DNA from: Octopus bimaculoides
Taxonomy: Eukaryota
Direction: 5' to 3'
Assembly: GCF_001194135.2 (NCBI RefSeq)
Contig: NC_068982.1
Coordinates: forward strand, 102,506,025 to 102,542,638
Length of the DNA: 36,614 nt
The position numbers were made by a program, and so were the translations under genes. Within the stretch, counting starts at the first letter, position 1; each line of letters begins with the position of its first letter. The notes beneath the pieces were generated by a model that saw only the letters and a program-made list of their open reading frames with translations, was not told the DNA's origin and made no database searches. Below are positions 11,730-22,420 of the stretch, piece by piece.

Positions 11730-11870
11730 TTTAATTGTACTTTATTTTATAGGCCTCGAAAGAATGAAAGGCAAAGTTGGTCGCAAAGGGATTTGAACAC
11801 AGAACGTAAGGAACTGAGATAAATACTGCAATTTATTTATCGAATGATCCTTCAAATCCAACTCCCTGTT
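11730..11870 (-). mobile_element. Degraded tRNA-derived SINE, family B (octopus OK-like)
   Basis: tactttattttataggcctcgaaagaatgaaaggcaaagttgg...gatttgaacacagaacgtaag contains the reversed B-box region (GTTCAAATC) and matches 22340-22420. Confidence 0.6.
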
Positions 11871-13031
11871 TTTAACATTGGCTCCAGACCATTTTTTTGT
11901 CGGGGAGAGAACAATCAATTAAATCATACCAGGATTACCGTGGGAGTTTTTTTTATCACTCCGGGAAGGAAAAGGGCAAAGGGAATTTTCGAGGTATTTG
12001 AGCTCAAAACATGAACGACACAAAACTGAATAGTACAAAATATTTTTCCGATGTTCTATCATTTCTGTTAATCCACTGTTGTGGTAAGCAAAGAAAACAT
12101 TCATTGCATTTGAAATATACTATCCTCAAGCTGACATACAACAATTATAGGTACCATCAATCAAGAGATGCAGTGAGGCCTTCTGCGACAAGAAAATTAT
12201 TATAGTTGGTTAGTGAAGGATTTTAAAATATCTAATAAAAAATAAGTAAATGTAATACAAAAATCTATAAAATGTTAGCAAAAGATAAAAATCTGTTTGC
12301 AGTTTTCAATGATGCCAATAAATATAAAACATAAGCTGAGGTAACAGGCAGCTGCATAGAGAATAGAGAAACAACAGACACCATTAAAAAAAATAATAAC
12401 CGGAAAATGGAATTAGAAAATTTCATACAAGGATGTTGGCAAGAATAGCTCCAAGATGACTAATATCTAATAAGACTGAACTATGAAGAAATGTTATTTT
12501 AAAAAATCGACTCTCACCGCGAAGCTGAGTCAGTAGAACTGTTTGCTTGGTTGTTTGTTTATTTTCGTGGCACAAGACCAAATCCATCGAACCATATACA
12601 ACCTAAAGCAGATGAAGAATCAGAATTCGAAAAGTAACTATAGAATATGCAGAGTTAGTGAAGAAACCTAGCATTGACATAGTCTTGTCTGTCAATTTTT
12701 ATATACGAATGTATGCATGCAAACATACATACATATATACACGCACGCACGCACACACGCACACACACACAAACACACACACACATACACACACACACGC
12801 ACACACACAGAAGTGAAATAAACACTGGAGACGGTTTGCTGCATGCAGAGATTGCAGGAGCTACTCACAAGTACTACAAGCTTTTTTATCCGAATGAATG
12901 TCGGGAAATACGGAAGGGTCTCACACATAAATACATACATATATACATATTACCGACTACTCTTTGCAGTAAATATTGATGCATTGTTGTACCACTATTT
13001 TATATTTATATATATAAATATATTCCTTTCA

Positions 13032-13660
13032 CTATATATCGGGCAAACGGGCCGCCGCTTGGCTGACCAGTTCGCGGAACACCTCCGAGACATCTGACTC
13101 GGCAATGACACCCCGGTCTCGCGCCATTTTCACTCTACCGGTCACTCTTTGCAATACCTGTCTATGTTCCGATTGTCCTTGCACAAGGGCCATCTGGACT
13201 CCAGTCTTCGCCGTGAACAGGGATTAATCTTCTCTCTTCACTCCTTTGCGCCACATGGGCTCAACTCTCCTCTCCTCTTCATCTAACCCTCCTCCTCTCT
13301 CCTCTCTTCCTCTCACCTACTTCCTCCCACCTCCCTCTCCTCTCTTGCTCCAACTCCTACTTCTCTTCACTCCTACCCTCCTTCTCTCTTCTCTTCACTC
13401 CTCCCACCTTCTCCCTTCGCCCTCTCGCTTCATCGACAACCGTCCCTCGTAAGCCCTCTTCCCTCTTTTCTCTCCTACCCACCTTCTCCTTCCCCCTTCA
13501 TCGTCAACTCTCCCTCGTAAGCCTACCCCACCCTATACAATCCAACCTCACCTTCCCTATGCATCCCATCCCACACCACCCCATTCCTTACACCCACTCC
13601 CACATACTCCACCTCTACCTCTACCCTCAGCCTAACCCACACCCCACCCTTGCTTTCTCT
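13032..13660 (+). mobile_element. 5'-truncated Neptune-type Penelope-like element (GIY-YIG C-half plus CT-rich 3' UTR), ending in a gap
   Basis: LYIGQTGRRLADQFAEHLRDI*LGNDTPVSRHFHSTGHSLQYLSMFRLSLHKGHLDSSLRREQGLIFSLHSFAPHGLNSPLLFI* (13032-13286) is a GIY-YIG endonuclease with YIG, R and the terminal E..LI...L....P.GLN motif. Confidence 0.9.
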
Positions 13661-14273
13661 NNNNNNNNNNNNNNNNNNNNNNNNNNNNNNNNNNNNNNNN
13701 NNNNNNNNNNNNNNNNNNNNNNNNNNNNNNNNNNNNNNNNNNNNNNNNNNNNNNNNNNNNNNNNNNNNNNNNNNNNNNNNNNNNNNNNNNNNNNNNNNNN
13801 NNNNNNNNNNNNNNNNNNNNNNNNNNNNNNNNNNNNNNNNNNNNNNNNNNNNNNNNNNNNNNNNNNNNNNNNNNNNNNNNNNNNNNNNNNNNNNNNNNNN
13901 NNNNNNNNNNNNNNNNNNNNNNNNNNNNNNNNNNNNNNNNNNNNNNNNNNNNNNNNNNNNNNNNNNNNNNNNNNNNNNNNNNNNNNNNNNNNNNNNNNNN
14001 NNNNNNNNNNNNNNNNNNNNNNNNNNNNNNNNNNNNNNNNNNNNNNNNNNNNNNNNNNNNNNNNNNNNNNNNNNNNNNNNNNNNNNNNNNNNNNNNNNNN
14101 NNNNNNNNNNNNNNNNNNNNNNNNNNNNNNNNNNNNNNNNNNNNNNNNNNNNNNNNNNNNNNNNNNNNNNNNNNNNNNNNNNNNNNNNNNNNNNNNNNNN
14201 NNNNNNNNNNNNNNNNNNNNNNNNNNNNNNNNNNNNNNNNNNNNNNNNNNNNNNNNNNNNNNNNNNNNNNNNN
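13661..14273. other. Assembly gap (N run)
   Basis: Direct reading. Other gaps: 2697-2776, 17024-17033, 28386-28654, 30949-31840, 32902-32911, 33518-33527, 35398-36214. Confidence 1.
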
Positions 14274-14342
<69 letters not shown>

Positions 14343-14343
<1 letters not shown>

Positions 14344-14770
14344 ACAGATGAAAGAGTTGAAGCTTTCATACACTGGAAACTATGCGAGTATTGTGCGATA
14401 AATGTTGGAAAGATATATAAATGTTCACTAGAAAAGATCGCAGATTATACTCTGGGACATATCAGTTCATAAAAAAAAGTTAGTTAATGAAAACCGACCA
14501 TACATTAGCATCAAAGATTTCCACGAGCAAAGGAACAATAGTTGTATTAATCCAACAATCACCAACATATCTCTATAAGAAATGAACAAACTATCCATGT
14601 ATAAAATCTAGAAAATGAAAATAACTTGAGTGTGGAGATTTAAAACAGAAACAGTCCCCTTAAGTGACTTGGGAATTATAAAAGATGCAGGCAAATATAA
14701 AACTAAAACATACACAATATAGTGAAAATATCATTCACTGTATGTTGCACATATATTATAGATTACTTTC
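14343..14770 (+). mobile_element. Old, heavily degraded R4/Dong-like retrotransposon RLE remnant
   Basis: DERVEAFIHWKLCEYCAI...TLWDISVH.K..VNENRPYISIKD, with frameshifts, parallels the (H)xRVGQYLHWKICK...WDFPVTTDRKIQANRPD.TIKD segment of the copy at 26808-27895. Confidence 0.6.
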
Positions 14771-14899
14771 AATGTAACAGAAAAGCAAATACACAGAATA
14801 AAACAAAACATTGATTGTACCTAATGTAAAACAGTGATTCGATCAGTTGTGCAACAAAAAACATGCAATAAAAATAAGTCATCTAGAATAATAATGAGT

Positions 14900-15070
14900 G
14901 TAGTGGATTAGCAGAAGGATGCTAAAGGAGTTGATGCTAAAGGATGCTAAACGAATTGAACTAAATGATTTACAGTATTCAAATTCATACTTAAACGTTC
15001 ATAATTCAAATCCTGGCAGGACCAAATTTGCTTTCGTCCTTCCAGATGTCAACTGTGTTCCACTCAATAA
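14900..15070 (+). mobile_element. Degraded tRNA-derived SINE, family B
   Basis: aaacgttcataattcaaatcctggcaggaccaaatttgctttcgtccttcc resembles the reverse complement of 11730-11870. Confidence 0.4.
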
Positions 15071-15630
15071 ATTATTATAAGTTTGGCTTTGCACCAATGC
15101 AGTAAATCGTCAATATTATGACAGAGTAACGCCCTGTAACCAGTTCTCGGCGAATTCAATTAGTGATCTTATTCTAATTCTCGCTTACATTCTTTATCTC
15201 TTGAAAGTAAAATGAGTCTCAATTTTAAGTTTCCTTCCAACTAAACCCAGAAAATATTTAAATAAATACCTCCAGTAATAAGGTCCTTGCCCCTTCATCG
15301 ACCACCAACACTATTATTATTATCAAATTGCCCCTTAGAATCATCATTATCATCATCACTGCCATCTTCCTCATCATCATCGTGGTCGTCGTCGTCGTTG
15401 TTTCGTCACAGCGGTTTTTAAACCTGAAACAGATTAGACACTGCAATTTACTAGAGTAGCAGTTCAGCTATTAAGATATATGTTAAGTAGCTACCATTGC
15501 CACTTCAGTTGATTATAAAGATTATATAGAATGCCAAGTACTCTGAAAGCTTGTTACAAAAAGTATTCGTGTCAAAGACAATTACATTCAAAAGCATATC
15601 CGTGAAAATATGTCAAACACAATCATATCC

Positions 15631-15669
<39 letters not shown>

Positions 15670-15865
15670 TATATATATATATACAATATTATATATATAA
15701 GTATATATAGAATATCATACATATATATATGTATAATATTATATATATATATATATATTACATATGTATATATGCTTATATATATATATACACACACACA
15801 TATATGAACGTAAACACATATATGCATACACAAATACACAGATAGATAAATAGACAGACAGACAC

Positions 15866-15928
<63 letters not shown>

Positions 15929-16975
15929 CAGAGTATCGCGTAAAGGCAATGTGTCACATATAATATCATTCCCACATTGAAAAATTTGAAATTTACTATT
16001 CTAACTCTTCTTTATTTCTAATCAACGGGTGAGAAAAGCTGTAGTTTACGCATGCTAAAACGTTTTTATGATCATATTGAAGAATTATATTTTAGATTTA
16101 TTTCTTCTTTATTTGATTGTATATTTTTACTAGAGACAAGTTTCCTTTAAACAAGACACTAGTCTTGCGAAAGTAATAGATCTAGTTATTCATTTTGACT
16201 TTTTGCGTTTAACGTTTAATCTATGCTCGAATGATTTTAGAATCCGTAAGGAGAAAATAATCTAGTAAGATTATCACCACTTGACAGAATAATTGAAGAA
16301 CAAATAGACACAAATTTTTTTCAAACCAAAGGCAAAGATCACATTTATACCTTCGAAATATGTTCTAACATTTAGATTTAGCAGACAATAAAGCCTAAAG
16401 TTTTGTATTTTTATTGCCAATTTTCATTTTGATCCCTATATTTTCCAGTTATCTACACGAATTATATATTTATATAATGTCCTTATTATCATCATCATCA
16501 TCATCATCAATATCATCATAAAGTAGTTGATAGGGCCAGAATTCTGAGAGTACAAAGGAAACAGATTTTTCCGGGTAATAATAATAGACTACTACAGTAA
16601 CAACACCATTTCTAATACCTATACGTCTTACGTGAGTTAAGGCCGTGCTCCTAGAATTAAGCTTTTTCTATCACATGCTTAGTAAACTATTTCTATAATA
16701 GTAACTAAAACAGAATCCAAGGAGACTGGATGGTGCATGTACACGTCGATAAGATTTGTATTATTTGGAAAGAAAAAAAACAATAGAAAGAGTATAATAG
16801 AATTGCAGGGATAAGCAGAGTATCGGGCGTTTCGGATAGTATCCTTCTTCAGTGTAAAAATGACAGGAGGGAAATAAATAAAATATAGTACAGTATCACA
16901 TTATCTATGTTCGGAAACTGAATGCAACTAACAGGAAATGCAAGAAAGCGTGAACTTGCATAAGTAAATGAGTAG

Positions 16976-17023
<48 letters not shown>

Positions 17024-17053
17024 NNNNNNNNNNTTGCATAAGTAAATGAGTAG

Positions 17054-17097
<44 letters not shown>

Positions 17098-19117
17098 TGG
17101 ATGTGGGAAGGAGGTTTAAAGGGAAATGAAACGATAAAGGAAAGTGAGTGAAGATGCCGTCGGATAAAAAATTCCGAAACACTAGATTCTCCACTCCCCA
17201 CACCAACTTCACTGTACTTTTTGTTTCTTTATCTCTAACATTTTAAAATGATATCCTTAATTCTCATCTTGTCGAGTCTGACTGCCTGTTGTCAGTATTT
17301 GAAATTTACTAATGTTAATACATCATATGACCTAGCAGAAAGTTCGCCCCCCGGGCGGTTTTCTACTAAACCCTTGATAATATTTTCACATTTGATTCCC
17401 AATTCTAATATTTTTTGTATTTCAAGTCTAATTATTTCTTTGTATAATAGTGCCCACTTGCTTAGTAAATATTGCTTTCGTTATTTTATCAGTCATAATC
17501 TCTCTTTTTTAAACAAACATCACGGTAGTCCAACAACACACAAGTTTGTCAAGTTTTACCTTCCCCTCAAAGCAACATAGAGATTTCAATTCAGCAGCCC
17601 AATTGTAAGCTTTGCAGTGTGTGTGTGTGTGTGAAAGAGAGAACATTGCAAACAATTAATGAAATAAACATGAAATGAAAAAAATCGTATAAATAAAAGG
17701 GCATTACTACAGATGTATACGCACCCGATTTTGTTGCCTCATAATAACCAGAAAATGAAAAAAGTTTTGAAAACTCTTTTTTTTTTTACACCCCTGCGAG
17801 AAATTGGAGTTTAAAAAATTCATTAAACTTAAGAAATTGAAATCATAGGAAATTCCTGAGAACATGAATTTATAAAAACATTTCCAGAAGGTCAACTTTT
17901 TAATTATTGCTTTCTTTTAGTACTTTTAGTAATTGTTACATCCCTTATTAATAAGCAGTTTTCTCCATTATAGTATAGATGCAACTGGAACGAAATTAAT
18001 GTGAGAATTAAATTTAAGTATATTTCAAAGACTAATAACGTAAACAACAAAAAGTCACACTTACGTATCCTTTAAATATATAAGTAGGTTTGCTATTTAC
18101 TTTAGTTGGTAGCAGGAAACTATCTATTGTCATGGTGACATCTACACAGTAGCTAGATTTGAAATTGGATGTACGGCTGCTTCAAAGATGTAAAATACAT
18201 TGTAAGTAGTTATGTTATTGTTTTCACAAATATCTTTAAAGTAATGCCATAAAGAGAGGGTCTGCCCAGTATATTACGAGCCGTATATTACTAGTATCTT
18301 TTTTTCTTTTTCTTTTTTTTTTTGTTATTGATGACGGAAGGACAACACAGTACGACCTAGACTCAGAAAGTTGACGGACAAAAGTGAATAATATGTCTAC
18401 AATGCAACACGCCACTGTCTTATCTAGCGTTGTAGACTTGTTTAGAAAATTATATTGTTGTAGATGTGTGATTCAACTCAATCTGAAAACTTTTAAGAAA
18501 AGTGTTTTGATGAATAAAAATAAATTCGCTTAGAACGAACAGATAATCGAAGAATGAATTACGATAGCTGGTCCCAATATCTTTTGTCGCACATTTCAAC
18601 TGCTATTACCTAAACACTCTAACTTGAATTCTTTTGTGACTTTTATGATAAATAATACACGAAACTAGATGCTATTTACTCATCAGAATAAAGATTTGAA
18701 ATTGCATTAGAATTTCTCAACTCCTTTCTTTTGCATTTTAGTTGCCTGACAGAAAAGAGAACTGTTGCAAGTTGAAAATCAAAGCGAAACAATACTACCG
18801 AAATTTAAATACCATTTAGACATGCTAGGATCACAGTATACGTCTGTATGAATTCCAGTAAACACTGGCCTGAAACTAAAAGTCAACTATCAACGAGTGT
18901 CTGGAAACAAACAACACACGAGAACGATACTAACGAATAATTTTGTACCATTCCAACCTATTATTTATACCACTACACATTTGCTGGTAGTTGCACGTTC
19001 AATTTCGGGAGTTAGGTTCGATAATATTGATTCAAACATTTTACTAAGTAAAAGCTCTCTTCTATTCAACGAGAATATGTACAAAACAGTAATTAAACTT
19101 ATGTAACTGAAATATCG

Positions 19118-19394
19118 TGGAGGCGCAATGGCCCAGTAGTTAGGGCAGCGGAATCGTGATCGGAGGATCGCGGTTTCGATTCCCAGGCCGAGCGTTGTGT
19201 GTGTTTATTGAGCGAAAACACCTAAAGCTCTACGAGACTTCGGCAGGGGAGGGGGTGACCCCGCTGTACACTTTCGCCACAACTTTCTCTCACCCTTTCT
19301 TCCTGTTTCTTGAGTAAAAAGCTGCGATGGACTGGTGTCCCGTCCAGTTAGGGGGGAATACATACGCCATGGAAACCGGAAAACCGGCCCTATG
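19118..19394 (+). mobile_element. tRNA-derived SINE, family C, near full length
   Basis: A box TGGCCCAGTAG (19129-19139), B box GGTTTCGATTCC (19172-19183); central block shared with 30840-30948; 3' module GCTGCGATGGACTGGTGTCCCGTCCAG ... GGAAACCGGAAAACCGGCCCTATG. Confidence 0.85.
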
Positions 19395-21841
19395 CTTCAC
19401 AAGAGGCTAAGAGGATTTCCAAACTCAAATATCATCAAGCTTCAAACAAGCTCAAAAACACCAAATCTAATCTGTAGTTGTCATCGAACTGTTAAATATC
19501 AAACTCAGTTTCCATTCAAGGCCCCTTTTTTTTTTTAATCAAAATTAGTCGTTTAATAAATGATTATTCACATCAAAGGATGATTTTAACTAAAATTTCT
19601 TGGTGTAGTAAATCATATACTGTAGTGTCCACTTTCCTTTCTGAATTCTATATCCAGCCGTCAACCACCTCCAGAAGTTTTCTAAGACTTCAGGATGCCC
19701 ACGCACTAGTCAAGTTCACCTTACTCTGTAAGTTCTTCTGCTTGTAACAGAGTCATCAGTTCGTAAAGTTTCAAATTGGATTATAAATGGATGACAGCAA
19801 TAGACAACAGATAGTTAGCACATAGCACAACACATCTAGTTACAATGTATGTGAAGTCGTATTGGCTACCTACGTTTTATGTCCTTTGAAGTTAACCTGT
19901 TTGGAGACGCTCGATAAACAATGCTAATTCTAATGAAGTTTTACAGTGTTAGATATAATTAAAACGCCATGTGAATTGAAAACAAATCTCTACTTCAAAA
20001 TTGGCAATTTTCCTGGCATATGTTCTTTATGAGATAAGGAAACTCTCTGTTGTTTATACTGCTATTGTTATTATTACTGCTATAACAAGAAATACTACTA
20101 CTATGACGACTAGAACAACACCAACTAGGACCACGGTGGCCCTAACCTTGAATATCTGAAATGTTCAGGAGTTTTTATTTAATATCGGTGGACATCTTGG
20201 CAAATTTGTGTTGCAGCTTCCAGTCCAAGTTGAAATTTTTTCACTTAACGTACTCCCTTCATGGCCCCTAGAAAGGGAACAGCATCGTTATTACTTCCCA
20301 TTTCCCCTTTTCGAAACATATCAGACATCTTAGCTCTTTCTTAACCGGTCACCTTTGTTTCTTCACTTATCTCACTTTAAATCAAATCTTTAGTCACAGT
20401 AACCAGGCTAAAAGATAATCATGGCTTGTAAATCGCTTTGTCTCCTATATATAGAATGACAAAACATGTCATAATCAACAACAACAACAATATATCCTTG
20501 GTCAAAACAATACAAGAATTTTTTTTTAAAAAGCTTCAGTGAATTATTAAAGGTTACAAAAACCGAAACTAAATTCTTGTTGCTAACTAAAAGAAACAAA
20601 ATGTCAGTGAAACGTTTCTTATCACAAAGATCTGGTTTAGTTTCTTTTCTTTAGCTTTATTTTGACTTTAACTTCTTTCATATTTGTTAGCAATATTTTT
20701 TCTGCTTTCTTAAAAGAAAAACAGAGAAACAAACGTTTCACTCAAGATGTCATAATGTCAGTTCTCCTAGACACGAGAAATTATATCTTTCTAAGTAAAT
20801 AATAACAACAATGATGATGATGATGATGATGATGATGACTACGACGACGACGACGACGACAACAACAACAGCAACAACATCAATAGCAACAACAACAACA
20901 ATAATAATAATAATAATACACCAAACGATTGTCTGTAATCTAGATTTCGCTTAATGTAGTAAAAATCTCTCGTTTTCCATGATTAAATATTTTCCTTTTA
21001 CAGTGAGTTATTGTAGAACGTATCTAGACTTCCACTTTTGTAATTGAATACAACACAGCCTCGCTTTTTTTGTCGAATAAGCCAAACGCCAAATAGTTGA
21101 ATCAATCGATGTAATGTATGCTGTTACTTATTCGTTGTGAAAAGATAACGGTCAAATTTAAGACCCAGTCAAAGCAAGATTTTTAAATGAGCAGTACCAC
21201 TAAATAACATCGGGTACGGTACTGATTCTTTTGTACAAAATCATTTTTCAGATTCAATGCAATATTCTAAGTACATACAATGGAGAAAACCTCCTAAGAA
21301 ATAAATCCACAATACAGTTTCATTCCTATTTGAAACATTTTACTTCTATTAGTAGATAAATCCTCCGTAAAAAGCATAGACATAACAACTCTAGAATACT
21401 ACTTGATAAATACAAATTCTTCGTTCCTGTTTTCTTTACTTTGTTAAAAACCTGACCTAGAGAAAGATGCATTTTGTTCAATTTTTACATACTCCACTAC
21501 CACCGATTTGTGAGATTAATTCGGTTGATATTCTACTTAATTATTTGTAGGACAACAGAAAAAAATGGTTGCAGAAAGTGGTCTTCGGTGGGTTAAAGAA
21601 GAGGTGGAAGGTGTAGTGTTTCGTACGGTATTTTGGAAATGAGACTCATTGAGGATGATGCAAGGAGAGACGAATGAGTAAAAATGGTAGGCAGATAACT
21701 TGTTCAAAGGATCAGAAAAAGTAGTAGTATGATAGAAGAGGCAACTAAAAAAGAGAGGAAATTGCGTGTTAGTGGGTAAAATATGGGAAACAGAGATATC
21801 TCGTTGTACTGAATGAGATTTAGCGGAAGCATGCGAGCATG

Positions 21842-22058
21842 CACGTGTGCATAGCAGCAGCATCGTCTCGTCATCTACTCGGTCTTCCAATGCGCCGTTT
21901 ATTTGAAACTTATGAAAAGAGATTTCTCAACATTAATACTGCCTCGGAAATATATGAAAATTAAAACTGTCCAGTAAAATGCAAATGAGTGCTCTGATCG
22001 TTGGATCCGAGCGAGCCTCGAGATATCGAACGATCTGCACGCTCGTTTTATAAAACGG
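21842..22058. promoter_or_regulatory. CpG-retaining cluster of promoter-like motifs
   Basis: CACGTG (21842-47), CCAAT (21887-91), octamer ATGCAAAT (21979-86), and the perfect palindrome CGTTTTATAAAACG containing TATAAAA on both strands (22045-58). Motif matches only. Confidence 0.25.
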
Positions 22059-22339
22059 TGGTGCCGTTTCATATTACCTCTTAATGGTACAAAATATGCA
22101 AAACCTTGATTCCTTTACAATCCCTCTATATAATCATCAGCCATATTTATACAAGGAATCATTTGTTATATCGAATTAAACAACAGACATTCCATGCAAT
22201 CAAGGATGATTTGGTAACGTGTACCATGCTTTCACTGCTTGTTTTAGGTGGCCATGTAGTCATGATTCTCTCGTCCCTTACAAACTTGACACTAGTGAAA
22301 ATATCCAAGTGAAAACTAGAGGGAGTGAGGGCTGCACAA

Positions 22340-22420
22340 ACACTGGCTTGGTGCTTTATTTATCGACACCAAAAGGATGAAAGGAAAAGTTGGTCTCAGT
22401 AGAATTTGAACGTAAATTCC
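22340..22420 (-). mobile_element. SINE family B fragment
   Basis: ggtgctttatttatcgacaccaaaaggatgaaaggaaaagttggtctcagtagaatttgaac aligns with 11735-11810. Confidence 0.6.

Noticed and set aside
13559-14373. Long ORFs of 230-390 aa here and at 28214-28731, 30788-31966 and 35308-36474
   Set aside because: They are open only because N-runs translate as X.
16955-17095. Direct repeat ttgcataagtaaatgagtagtagga(GA)n on both sides of a 10-N gap
   Set aside because: Typical contig-overlap artefact at a scaffolding gap.
17250-17500. Minus-strand protein-like frame KEIIRLEIQKILELGIKCENIIKGLVENRPGG
   Set aside because: Flanked by stops, no recognisable family motif and no splice signals.
18395-18437. 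11-bp hairpin GTCTACAATGC/GCGTTGTAGAC
   Set aside because: Stem too short for a pre-miRNA and plausible by chance in 36 kb.
19118-19190. tRNA-like A/B boxes here and at 2918-2971
   Set aside because: They are SINE heads continuing into SINE bodies; no complete cloverleaf or terminator, so not called tRNA genes.
19720-19768. Minus-strand CTGATGA followed by a CTCTGT/ACAGAG stem
   Set aside because: The stem is followed by TAAG rather than GAAA, so it is not a hammerhead.
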